Source of the DNA: Nitrospirota bacterium
GTDB lineage: Bacteria > Nitrospirota > Thermodesulfovibrionia > UBA6902
Reading direction: 5' to 3'
NCBI GenBank assembly: GCA_040758255.1
Contig: JBFLVX010000003.1
Span: forward strand, 1-45,481
DNA: 45,481 bases
Shown: positions 37,212-45,481 of the stretch, piece by piece
Layout of the letters: every line of letters starts with the position of its first letter
How positions within the stretch are numbered: the first letter of the stretch is position 1
Notes under the pieces: generated by a model
Told to the model about the DNA's origin: nothing
Seen by the model: the letters and a program-made list of their open reading frames with translations, nothing else
The model's database searches: none
Made by a program: the position numbers and the translations under genes

Positions 37212-38659
37212 GTTATTCCTTTACAAAAATTTATGAAATTTCCTGCAATCTTTTTATTGCTTCCAAAGTGAATATGAATATAACTGCCGAACGTGTTTTT
37301 GACCATGTATCCTTCGTCAAGAAGGGCATTGCCAGCACCGTCTTTCAGCTTGTATATATGGGTTTTGGGTTCTGTGTTCTGTGTTCTGTCTGCAATCTCC
37401 GAATAATGAAATTCATGCCCGCGAAGTGTCATGCCCTTCTCGCCGAGTATGGAATCCTGCTTCAATACCGCTTCTCTATAGCCAAGTTTGGAGAGCTTAG
37501 CTTTCATCTGCGTCTCAAATGGAAATATCCCCGCCATTTCATAAAATTCCCCCTTGGAAAAGGGGGGAAGGGGGTTGTTGTCTATTGCTCTTTTATTAGT
37601 CCATATTCCTTCTGTCAGATACATGAATCCGCCGCATTCCGCGTATACGGGCTTCCCTTCATCTGACCAGTTTTTTACAGATGCCAGCATGGATTTGTTG
37701 CCGGATAACTGTTCAGCATAAATTTCAGGGTAACCGCCGCCGATATACAGAGCGTCAGCATCATCCGGGATTTTACTGTCCGACAAAGGGCTGAATAAAA
37801 GAATCTCCGCTCTCGCTTCTCTCAGCAGATCAAGATTGTCTTCATAGTAAAAGCAGAATGCTTTATCATAAGCAACAGCAACCTTTAAGCCGGAAGTTCG
37901 GAAGCTCGGAAGTTCGTCATGGTTTGACAGGCTCACCATGACAGTGTCACCCTGAGCTTGTCGAAGTGTGTGCTGCTGCGCTACTGTATCAACATCCACA
38001 TGCTTCAGCACCGCATCTGCTAATCTATCAATCGCTTCCGCTGAAATCGGCTCTTCTTCCGCTACAGTTAAACCGAGATGCCTGTGCGGGATTTCAAAAT
38101 TTAGCTCTCTCGGCAGATAGCCAAGCACAGGCACATCGTGAACGCTCTCTTTAAGCCGTTTGAAGTGATTCTCAGATGCAACACGATTAAAGATAACACC
38201 GGCGAAACAGAGTTCAGAGTTTTTACTGCTTTGCCCCTTTGTGCCTTTGTCCCTTTGTCCCTTATAAGAGGTAAACCCTTTTACCACCGCTCCCGCGCTC
38301 TCTGCCATTCCATAAGCATCAACTACGAGTATAACGGGAAGATTGAGAGTGTGTGCAAGGGATGCCGTGCTGAGTTTTCCGTCATACAATCCCATCACGC
38401 CTTCTACAACAGAAATATCCGTGTCCGCTGAATATTTCTGAAAACAATCCCTGACGTAATCCTCTCCGCACATATAGAGGTCGAGATTCCGGGAAGTTCT
38501 GCCGGTGATAAGCTTGTGAAGTCCCGCGTCAATAAAATCCGGGCCTGCCTTGAATGATTGGACGCTTAAGCCTTTTTTCTTCAGAGCCGCAAGGATGCCG
38601 AGCGTTACCGTTGTCTTTCCGCATCCGCTGTGAGTGCCTGCAATGACTACACCATGCAT
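37202..38659 (-). CDS. cbiA: Cobyrinate a,c-diamide synthase
   Basis: SGCGKT, FK.GPDFID, EGVMGL.DG, RHLGL, AFCFYY, GGYPE, AECGG, GHEFHYS; start moved to ATG 38659. Confidence 0.93.
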   Translation of the reverse strand: MHGVVIAGTHSGCGKTTVTLGILAALKKKGLSVQSFKAGPDFIDAGLHKLITGRTSRNLDLYMCGEDYVRDCFQKYSADTDISVVEGVMGLYDGKLSTASLAHTLNLPVILVVDAYGMAESAGAVVKGFTSYKGQRDKGTKGQSSKNSELCFAGVIFNRVASENHFKRLKESVHDVPVLGYLPRELNFEIPHRHLGLTVAEEEPISAEAIDRLADAVLKHVDVDTVAQQHTLRQAQGDTVMVSLSNHDELPSFRTSGLKVAVAYDKAFCFYYEDNLDLLREARAEILLFSPLSDSKIPDDADALYIGGGYPEIYAEQLSGNKSMLASVKNWSDEGKPVYAECGGFMYLTEGIWTNKRAIDNNPLPPFSKGEFYEMAGIFPFETQMKAKLSKLGYREAVLKQDSILGEKGMTLRGHEFHYSEIADRTQNTEPKTHIYKLKDGAGNALLDEGYMVKNTFGSYIHIHFGSNKKIAGNFINFCKGITWK

Positions 38660-38660
38660 A

Positions 38661-38700
38661 TAAAAATCCCCGGCCTTCAATAAAGAAAGCCGGGGATAAA
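38661..38700 (-). terminator. Riboswitch expression-platform hairpin (terminator and/or RBS sequestrator) just before the cbiA ATG
   Basis: Minus strand atccccggc-loop-gccggggat followed by tttt, then atATG. Confidence 0.65.
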
Positions 38701-38760
38701 AGCCAAAATAACCTTTATCCTCACAGCCTCTTACCACGAAGGCTTCTTCAGTGAGGTATA

Positions 38761-38934
38761 TTCAGGCAGGTCTTCTGGCTCACCCGGCCTTTATCCGCCT
38801 TCCCTTTCCGGACTTCTGAAAAGTGGCTTTACGATAAAGGTGTTATCCCGAATGAATCGGGATCAGGATTTACAGCGGCGGGTCCGCTCCAGTATTTCAC
38901 TGGATTCCCCTTTAAGCCCCTAAGGGCGCCTGAA
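38761..38934 (-). ncRNA. Cobalamin riboswitch
   Basis: Minus strand ttcaggcgc..gcttaaaggggaatccagtgaaatactggagcgg.cccgccgctgtaa..gccact..gggaaggc..gagccagaagacctgcctgaa (B12-box), upstream of the cob operon. Confidence 0.93.
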
Positions 38935-38945
38935 CAACGCAGATG

Positions 38946-38976
38946 ATTATAACTTATAAGCTTTGGAGAATGTCAA
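38946..38976 (-). promoter_or_regulatory. Sigma70-like promoter of the cob operon
   Basis: TTGACA-19 bp-TATAAT about 11 nt upstream of the riboswitch. Confidence 0.6.
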
Positions 38977-39028
38977 GGCGGACTAAAAAGGTATCTCTTT
39001 GAGTTTTCCCATTTAGCCTCCCGACAAC

Positions 39029-39067
39029 GAAAGGGGGAGACAATATAACAATATTGCTCCCCCTTTC
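39029..39067. terminator. Hairpin downstream of the cytochrome c gene
   Basis: gaaagggggag / ctccccctttc 11-bp stem; weak U-tract. Confidence 0.55.
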
Positions 39068-39076
39068 ATTCTGTTT

Positions 39077-39508
39077 TTAATAACCTGGGGCCACTTTCTT
39101 TTCCTTCATCGGCATTGCTTTATCCATCATCTTCCCCTTCAATGACTTGATATAAGCAACGATATCTTTCATCTGGTTTGACGCTGTGTCAATGGACTTT
39201 CCTTTAATGGCGTTCTCAATACAAAAATTAACCGCTTCTTCAAGGCTATTCTGCTTTTTACCCATTATATTGAACTCTTTTTTGTCAGCGGCCATCTCTA
39301 ATCCCTTCCCATTAGGATGGCATGTGTTACAGGACTTTCCCGATGTTGCGCCGGCAAACTTTGTGTCATTGAAGAGCGCCTTGCCCTTTGCCACGTCACC
39401 GGCTACAACAGCAGCCGTTCCCGATCCTACGTCATGAGCCGCGAAAGCAGCTGTAAAGAGCAATCCTGTGGCTATCATGCACATGATTACTATCGTCAGT
39501 TTCTTCAT
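39077..39508 (-). CDS. Periplasmic monoheme cytochrome c
   Basis: Signal peptide, GKALF, CNTCH, GGAGGT RBS. Confidence 0.8.
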   Translation of the reverse strand: MKKLTIVIMCMIATGLLFTAAFAAHDVGSGTAAVVAGDVAKGKALFNDTKFAGATSGKSCNTCHPNGKGLEMAADKKEFNIMGKKQNSLEEAVNFCIENAIKGKSIDTASNQMKDIVAYIKSLKGKMMDKAMPMKEKKVAPGY

Positions 39509-39692
39509 TATGTTTCACCTCCTTTCTTCGACAGGGGTTTCTGATTAGATATTATCAATAAATCAGAGCGCATGCAACAATTATTAAAAAGTTTGTTTTT
39601 ATTTGCCATCGGATATATTGTATATGCAGCTTTTTTAAGTAAAAAAGATTATTGCTTATTTTATTTTAATGATGGGAACCGGGTTAAGGTAT

Positions 39693-41861
39693 ATGCTTGA
39701 TACATTAAAAAAGGTCTTTGGATTTGAGGAGTTCCGCCCTAATCAGGAAGATATTATCAAAAAGATCCTGGAGAAGAAGGATGTCTTTGCGGTAATGCCT
39801 ACAGGCGGCGGGAAGTCGCTCTGCTATCAGCTGCCTGCCAAATTAATGAAGGGCACAACGGTTGTCATAAGCCCGCTGATATCCCTGATGAAGGACCAGG
39901 TGGATGCTGCTCTGGAGAATGGTATATCCGCGGCTTTTATAAACAGTTCGATGAAACCGCAGGAGATGTCCGGCGTATTCCGTGACCTCAAGAACGGAGA
40001 TATTGAACTGCTGTATGTTTCTCCTGAACGCTTTGCAATGCAGGGCTTTCTTGAGCAGCTTAGAACTCTCCCCATATCTCTGTTTGCCATAGATGAAGCG
40101 CATTGTGTTTCTGAATGGGGACACGACTTTCGGCCTGATTACCTGAGCCTCTCAAATATTACGAAAATATTTCCCGATATCCCGGTCAGCGCCTTTACAG
40201 CCACAGCCACTTCAAGGGTGCAGGATGATATTATAAGCAAGATCGGCCTCAGGTCTCCATTTACAGTGCGTGCGTCATTTAACCGCCCTAATCTTTTTTA
40301 TAAGGTAAAGGGCAAAAAGGGACTGGAATCACAGTTGCTCGAATTTATCAGGGAACATCCCGGTGAGCCCGGCATAATATACCGCACGACCCGGGATTCT
40401 GTTTCAGAACTTGCCGATCTTCTTTCAGCCAATGGCATCAAGGTCTTGCCGTATCATGCCGGTTTGGCCCCTGATGAGAGGAAGAAGAACCAGGAGGCGT
40501 TCAACAGAGATGAGGCAGCGGTCATTGTGGCTACTATCGCTTTTGGGATGGGCATAGACAAATCAAATGTCCGCTTTGTCATTCATGCCGATCTGCCTAA
40601 AAATATGGAAGGCTACTATCAGGAGACGGGCCGTGCAGGGCGCGACGGCGAGCCTGCCGACTGCATCCTGTTTTTTGGAAGAGGGGACATCCCGAAGATC
40701 AGGTACTTTATAGACCAGATATCTGATGATCAGGAGCGGGCCGTTGCTATGGAGAAGCTGAACCTGACGGTGCGGTATGCTTCTCATAACCTATGCAGGC
40801 GCAGACAGCTCCTTGAATATTTCGGCGAGCATTACCCTGATGAGAATTGCAATACCTGCGACATCTGTACAGGTATGGTTGAAAAGATAGATGTTACGAT
40901 TGACGCGCAGATAATTATGTCAGCCATGTCACGGACTGATCAGCGTTTTGGGTCCCAGCATATCATTGATATTGTCACAGGCGCTGATACAAAACGCATA
41001 CGCGAACTGGGGCACGACAATATCAAGACCTATGGAAAAGGCAAAGACAAAGATAAAAAGCACTGGCGATTTCTGATCGATGAACTCCTTGCGCAGGATG
41101 CAATATGCCAGGATGGCGGGCAGTATCCGGTACTAAAACTTACAGCAAAAGGGAATGATATTCTCTACGGCAAAGAAGAGGTCACAGCATTAAAGAGGGA
41201 GGAGACGAATAAGAGGCGTGCTGCCGGAAGAGACGGCAAATTTGCGCCATATGATGAGCTGCTCTTTGATAAGCTCCGCAGACTGCGGAAAGAGACCGCT
41301 GATGAACAGCAGGTCCCACCGTATATAATATTTTCGGACAAGACCCTTCATGAAATGTGCAGATACTACCCTGCGGCATTATCTGATATGAGAAATATCA
41401 ACGGCGTTGGAGACGCCAAGCTGGAACGTTATGGAGCCGCTTTTATAAAAGCAATAAAGACATATCTTGATGAAAATACCAGCATCATAGTCCCAGAAAA
41501 AGAGGCCTTTATCCAGCCCGTCATCCTACCGCGTAAAAAGACGAAGAGCGATACAATGGAAAAGACCTATGACCTCTTCAGAAATGGATACAATCTGGAG
41601 AGAATCGCAAAAGAACGCAGTCTTGCAATAACCACTATCTCAGGACATTTTGAAGAACTGATAAGAGACGGGCGCGATATTGACATAAACCGTCTTGTAG
41701 ACCCTGTAACGCAAGAAAAGATCAAGGAGATATTTCTGTCACTTGGAACGTGGCAGCTAAACCCTGTCATTGAACACTTTGGCGGTACAGTCAGCTATGA
41801 TGAAGCGAAATTTGTAAGGGCATATCTGCAGCGAAAACCGCTCCCCTCACCAGCGCATTAA
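39693..41861 (+). CDS. recQ: ATP-dependent DNA helicase RecQ
   Basis: MPTGGGKSLCYQLP, DEAHCVSEWGHDFRP, QETGRAGRDG, Zn-binding CRR..C..CD.C, RQC, HRDC, C-terminal HTH; start 39669 or 39693. Confidence 0.95.
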   Translation: MLDTLKKVFGFEEFRPNQEDIIKKILEKKDVFAVMPTGGGKSLCYQLPAKLMKGTTVVISPLISLMKDQVDAALENGISAAFINSSMKPQEMSGVFRDLKNGDIELLYVSPERFAMQGFLEQLRTLPISLFAIDEAHCVSEWGHDFRPDYLSLSNITKIFPDIPVSAFTATATSRVQDDIISKIGLRSPFTVRASFNRPNLFYKVKGKKGLESQLLEFIREHPGEPGIIYRTTRDSVSELADLLSANGIKVLPYHAGLAPDERKKNQEAFNRDEAAVIVATIAFGMGIDKSNVRFVIHADLPKNMEGYYQETGRAGRDGEPADCILFFGRGDIPKIRYFIDQISDDQERAVAMEKLNLTVRYASHNLCRRRQLLEYFGEHYPDENCNTCDICTGMVEKIDVTIDAQIIMSAMSRTDQRFGSQHIIDIVTGADTKRIRELGHDNIKTYGKGKDKDKKHWRFLIDELLAQDAICQDGGQYPVLKLTAKGNDILYGKEEVTALKREETNKRRAAGRDGKFAPYDELLFDKLRRLRKETADEQQVPPYIIFSDKTLHEMCRYYPAALSDMRNINGVGDAKLERYGAAFIKAIKTYLDENTSIIVPEKEAFIQPVILPRKKTKSDTMEKTYDLFRNGYNLERIAKERSLAITTISGHFEELIRDGRDIDINRLVDPVTQEKIKEIFLSLGTWQLNPVIEHFGGTVSYDEAKFVRAYLQRKPLPSPAH

Positions 41862-41914
41862 TCCGCCTTATTTGTAACGTCATGACGATATCTATTAACC
41901 TATATAATGCAATT

Positions 41915-42106
41915 AACCACAGAGGACGCAGAGAAAAATATTAACAACAAAAGAAAAAAGGCTTATTTTATTGCTTTTCTCTGTGTACCCTTTTATTTAA
42001 AATAAATTTATATTGCATAAACGACTTAATTCATGAGAACACAGAGAACCGTTTGAATATTAAGGATTTTTAAACGTTAAAAAAATTCTCTGTGCGCTCT
42101 GTGGTT
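41915..42106. repeat. ACCACAGAG-type palindromic element (copy C)
   Basis: aaccacagaggacgcagag ... ctctgtgcgctct gtggtt termini with internal half-copies. Confidence 0.7.
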
Positions 42107-42139
42107 TATTGAAAAGCATTTTTCAGGTTAAAATTCATC

Positions 42140-43681
42140 GTGTCGATAATACTTGTGCACCCGCCTGTTTCAAAACCCGGAGAGCCCCCTGCAGGGATCG
42201 CGAGGCTTTCAGGCGCTCTGAAATTCCATGGAATAAAACACACTCTCCTTGATGCCAATCTGGAGGGACTGCTTTATCTTCTTAAATCCCCGAAGCCGGA
42301 CGGTGTTGCAGACGTCTGGTCTGGCAGGGCATTTCGTAATCTGGGCAAAAATCTTGAACTCATAAAAAGCCCCGCGCCATATCTAAGAATGGACCGGTAC
42401 AAGCGGGTTGTAAGAGACCTTGGGCGGGTCATTGAGAAAGTATCAAAGGCATATGGCGCTGACGTCGGCATAGCCAATTATCAGCAGGATGGCCTCTCAC
42501 CCTTGAGGTCAGCAGACCTTATTATCTCTGCAGGGCAGTTCGACAAGAATATCTTCTACCCTTATTTCAGAACAAGGCTTGCCAGCATGATCCATCAGGA
42601 GCAGCCGGAATGGATCGGCTTTTCTCTGAACTATCTGAGCCAGGCCCTCTGCACATTTGCGATGATAGGTTTTGTGAAGCGCGAATTTCCAAGCCTAAAG
42701 GTGATCATAGGAGGCGGACTTGTCACATCATGGTTAAGCAGTCCTCTTTGGAGAGATCCTTTCGCCGGGCTCGTTGACCATTTTATCTCAGGCCCCGGTG
42801 AAGAAAAACTGCTTTCGCTCCTCGGCATCTTTGATAAAGAGAGAACATATACTCCCGATTATCAGGCGTTGCCGATAGATGATTATTTCTCTCCGGGGTT
42901 TGTACTTCCATACAGCGGATCAACCGGATGCTACTGGAACCGATGCACTTTCTGCCCTGAGAAGGCGGAGGGGACCCGCTACCTGCCCGTACCTCCCGAA
43001 AAAGTTATTTCGGATATCAATCTTCTCAAGGAAGGTCATTTCCCTGTGCTTATCCATTTTCTTGACAGCGCTGTAAGTCCTTCACTTATGGAAGCCCTTT
43101 CTGATAAAGGCCCTTCGGTTCCATGGTACGGGTTTGCGCGCGTAAGCAGGCAGCTTACAGAGCCGGAATTCTGCCTCTCCCTGAAACGGTCAGGGTGTGT
43201 AATGCTGCAACTCGGCATTGAGTCAGGGGACCAGACAGTGCTGGATAATATGGAGAAGGGGATCAGCATCAAGATGGCATCACAGGCGCTGAAGGCGCTG
43301 AAGAAGGCCGGGATAGCAACCTATGTCTATCTTATCTTCGGCACCCCTGCTGAGACCCTTAAGAGCGCAAAGAAGACCCTTGAATTTACCGCCGGCCATT
43401 GCGGCAGTATAGACTTCCTGAATCTTGCGGTATTCAATATGCCCGTCTGCGGCGCTGCCTCAAATGGACTCGATACGCGAAAATTTTATGACGCAGACCT
43501 CTCGCTCTATACAGATTTTACTCATCCGGCAGGGTGGGACCGTAAGCAGGTCCGGCAGTTTCTCGAAAATGAGTTTAAGAAGCATCCTTCCATCTCTGCG
43601 ATCCTGAAAAATGACCCGCCGGTCTTTACATCCAACCATGCGCCGTTTTTTGTGATGGAGAGGGAAAAGGTCGAGGGTTAA
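42140..43681 (+). CDS. Radical SAM protein with probable B12-binding N-terminal domain
   Basis: LVHPP, DAN, IGFS....Q, IIGGG, GPGE, GCYWNRCTFC, GIESG, FGTP.ET. Confidence 0.8.
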   Translation: MSIILVHPPVSKPGEPPAGIARLSGALKFHGIKHTLLDANLEGLLYLLKSPKPDGVADVWSGRAFRNLGKNLELIKSPAPYLRMDRYKRVVRDLGRVIEKVSKAYGADVGIANYQQDGLSPLRSADLIISAGQFDKNIFYPYFRTRLASMIHQEQPEWIGFSLNYLSQALCTFAMIGFVKREFPSLKVIIGGGLVTSWLSSPLWRDPFAGLVDHFISGPGEEKLLSLLGIFDKERTYTPDYQALPIDDYFSPGFVLPYSGSTGCYWNRCTFCPEKAEGTRYLPVPPEKVISDINLLKEGHFPVLIHFLDSAVSPSLMEALSDKGPSVPWYGFARVSRQLTEPEFCLSLKRSGCVMLQLGIESGDQTVLDNMEKGISIKMASQALKALKKAGIATYVYLIFGTPAETLKSAKKTLEFTAGHCGSIDFLNLAVFNMPVCGAASNGLDTRKFYDADLSLYTDFTHPAGWDRKQVRQFLENEFKKHPSISAILKNDPPVFTSNHAPFFVMEREKVEG

Positions 43682-43705
43682 ATATCAATGGTCAAGACTA
43701 ATCCT
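43667..43705 (+). repeat. 39-bp direct repeat, left copy (31/39 identical to 44588-44626)
   Basis: aaggtcgagggttaaatatcaatggtcaagactaatcct. Confidence 0.6.
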
Positions 43706-43883
43706 GAGCACTTCCCTGAGTTAGCGTGTTTCTCTTTCCTCTATAACTCTTCTGGAAAGTGACACGCCAATTCCTGACAGACTCCGCTGTACGTCCTTTA
43801 AAGTAGCATCTGTGCGCCTATGCTCTTTCAAGCGGCGGTGAAGCTTTGTGCTTATATGTGGCTGTCCCGTAGTTGTGGGGACT

Positions 43884-44195
43884 CTATTTTTCTCTGTTTC
43901 TGAGTTCTGCATTTATGGCTTGCGGGTTGCGCGCACAATGAAAAAGCCCAAATACAATAATCTGGTCATTCTCAATCTCAAAATAGATAGCATAAGGGAA
44001 CCGCCTGAGCAGACGCCGTCGAAAGTCCCTATAAACTTTTGGGTAACGCAAGGGATTCCATAGAATTTCATTTGCATAGGCATAGAACATACGAAGAAAG
44101 TCTTCACCGAGCCCTCTGGATTTTGATTCATACCAAACATAACCGTTGATGAGATCTTCTTCAACTTCAGGAAGGAACCGCAGGATATACGTCAT
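43884..44195 (-). CDS. Type II toxin, RelE/ParE family
   Basis: DL.....WYE....GLG..F, RR..L.RFPY.I.F, H..R.P. Confidence 0.88.
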   Translation of the reverse strand: MTYILRFLPEVEEDLINGYVWYESKSRGLGEDFLRMFYAYANEILWNPLRYPKVYRDFRRRLLRRFPYAIYFEIENDQIIVFGLFHCARNPQAINAELRNREK

Positions 44196-44413
44196 TTTCT
44201 TGATTCTATTTTTTCTCGAAGCTCATCCAGAGTCAAAAGTCCCCCTGGACTGGACTTATGCCTTGCAAGCCTTCTGTCCAACTCCATCATGTGGCTCTCA
44301 GGTATAGGGACAGCAGATTCCTCGGAAGATATGCTATCCCACATATCTTCGACAAGAAGAATCTTTTCAGGGACGCTTAATTTCTTAATTTGTGGAATAT
44401 CTGTTACGCGCAT
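44192..44413 (-). CDS. Addiction-module antitoxin (unstable antitoxin-like)
   Basis: LS..EKI.LVE.MWDSI, ELDRRL; ATGA overlap with the toxin; GGAGG RBS. Confidence 0.85.
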   Translation of the reverse strand: MRVTDIPQIKKLSVPEKILLVEDMWDSISSEESAVPIPESHMMELDRRLARHKSSPGGLLTLDELREKIESRK

Positions 44414-44587
44414 ATTCTGCCTCCTTCTTGTAGGACTGATTTAATAATAACATTTGTTGCTGTATTTGTTGAATTCGCAATCTAACAGATAAAGGTCAAG
44501 GCTGCGGGGGATAGTGAAGAAGATCGATGGGGTTTGTCCGGATGCCGTTGCCTTTTAGACAGATAGTGTTTTGTGAAAGTTGTGAGC

Positions 44588-44626
44588 AAGGTTAAGGTTT
44601 AAATATATATGGTCAAGTCTGAGCCT
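44588..44626 (+). repeat. 39-bp direct repeat, right copy
   Basis: aaggttaaggtttaaatatatatggtcaagtctgagcct. Confidence 0.6.
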
Positions 44627-44638
44627 TGTCTCTCCATG

Positions 44639-45481
44639 TCATGGAAAAATCCCCGCACCCACAGGACATGCCTCGGGCCGGGGCCGTCCCTCTGCCTCGG
44701 CGGCCAACACTTTAAGCAAACATTGGTACTGAGGCGCCGCCTGTAACAGTTTGGGCCCAATGGCAATGAGCCTGGCGACTTGCTCCTTGCTCAGCTTAAA
44801 AGTCGTTGGCAGATCCAGGTAGTATCGCGAATTCTCGCCGGGGATCTGACTGGCAGCTTCGAAATTGATCTCAATCACATACGGATCAATATCGGCTGCA
44901 AAAGGAATAGGTCTGGGTGCCTGGGGACAATCTTTGGAGAGCAAAGTGACGCAGGCCTGCTCATCCTTTTGAGTCTGCACCCGGGCATAAAGCGCCTCGC
45001 GCAATTTGGTCACGCTGTCGTAACTGTAATTATCCATGGCTACTGTGGCGGTTTTCTCGGCCACTGTTAATAAACCTGGTGGTTTCTCTTTGCGGCTGAG
45101 TTGATCTTCACTTTGCGTGCGGGAGTTGACGACAATTAAAACTAGCTGCTGGATGTCCCCTCGGTTGATGCGGGTTCGGATGAAGCCCCGATCAAAGGCA
45201 TCCAGAATAGCTCTTGCACCTATGTTATCCGACAAACCGCCATCCATCAGATGAATATAGCGATTCTCCTTGTCCAGATAGACACTCAGATTTTTGGCTG
45301 CATTGTAACGATCGGTTATCCAATTCTTGGGCGTCAGTGCCTTCTCGAACCACCAAGGTGTTGTGTAGCCTTCGACTACCGGATAATTTTTCAGACTGAT
45401 AGGGGTCAAAAGATAAGGAAAAGCGGATGAGGCCGCCACTGCTCTAGCCACCTGGTACAAATCCAGCCGGGAGCCGAGGGC
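44639..45481 (-). CDS. Patatin-like phospholipase, C-terminal part (5' end beyond window)
   Basis: AVAASSAFP, DGG..DN.G, LPTTF.L; frame open to the window edge. Confidence 0.75.
   Translation of the reverse strand, partial: ALGSRLDLYQVARAVAASSAFPYLLTPISLKNYPVVEGYTTPWWFEKALTPKNWITDRYNAAKNLSVYLDKENRYIHLMDGGLSDNIGARAILDAFDRGFIRTRINRGDIQQLVLIVVNSRTQSEDQLSRKEKPPGLLTVAEKTATVAMDNYSYDSVTKLREALYARVQTQKDEQACVTLLSKDCPQAPRPIPFAADIDPYVIEINFEAASQIPGENSRYYLDLPTTFKLSKEQVARLIAIGPKLLQAAPQYQCLLKVLAAEAEGRPRPEACPVGAGIFP

Noticed and set aside
19906-38659. Inteins or self-splicing introns as the explanation of the coding inserts
   Set aside because: The inserts are only about 7-25 aa and lack intein terminal residues or intron core structure.
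38660-38737. Longer cbiA start from the ORF track
   Set aside because: It lies in the riboswitch expression platform; CbiA homology begins at MHGVVIAG.
6009-42106. Possible CRISPR array from the recurring repeats
   Set aside because: The repeats are dispersed or directly tandem, with no regular repeat-spacer periodicity and no cas genes.
43721-43912. 63-aa ORF as an intact gene
   Set aside because: It overlaps the toxin 3' end and has no clear RBS; at most a C-terminal remnant of an antitoxin-like gene.
1-45481. tRNA, rRNA, transposase or integrase genes
   Set aside because: None recognised by eye; a tRNAscan/Rfam run would be needed to exclude them fully.

Overview
Bacterial chromosomal window of moderate GC. 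Gene content suggests an anaerobe, possibly Nitrospirota/Thermodesulfovibrionia or Desulfobacterota (inference only). From left to right it holds: an HAO-family multiheme cytochrome c with 9 CxxCH motifs; a peptidoglycan-recycling pair (namZ plus a MurU-AmgK fusion); znuABC; an unusual type II FAS/PKS-like cluster (FabL-like SDR, long ACP with Zn-ribbon, KS plus catalytically dead KS, FabZ-like); several single metabolic genes; a ~21 kb anaerobic cobalamin operon under a clear cobalamin riboswitch; a monoheme cytochrome c; recQ; a probable B12-dependent radical SAM protein; a RelE/ParE-type toxin-antitoxin (TA) module; and a truncated patatin-like gene. Most striking observations: (1) most cob-operon genes carry in-frame insertions of 7-9 bp tandem repeats and REP-like palindromes, and one of these also occurs intergenically; (2) an unannotated 42-aa peptide gene and a SPASM radical SAM enzyme (CbpA/CbpB-like RiPP pair) end the B12 operon; (3) a two-copy intergenic hairpin shows stem covariation; (4) cbiH has no canonical start codon and overlaps cbiG in the -1 frame. 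All family calls come from motif recognition without database searches.
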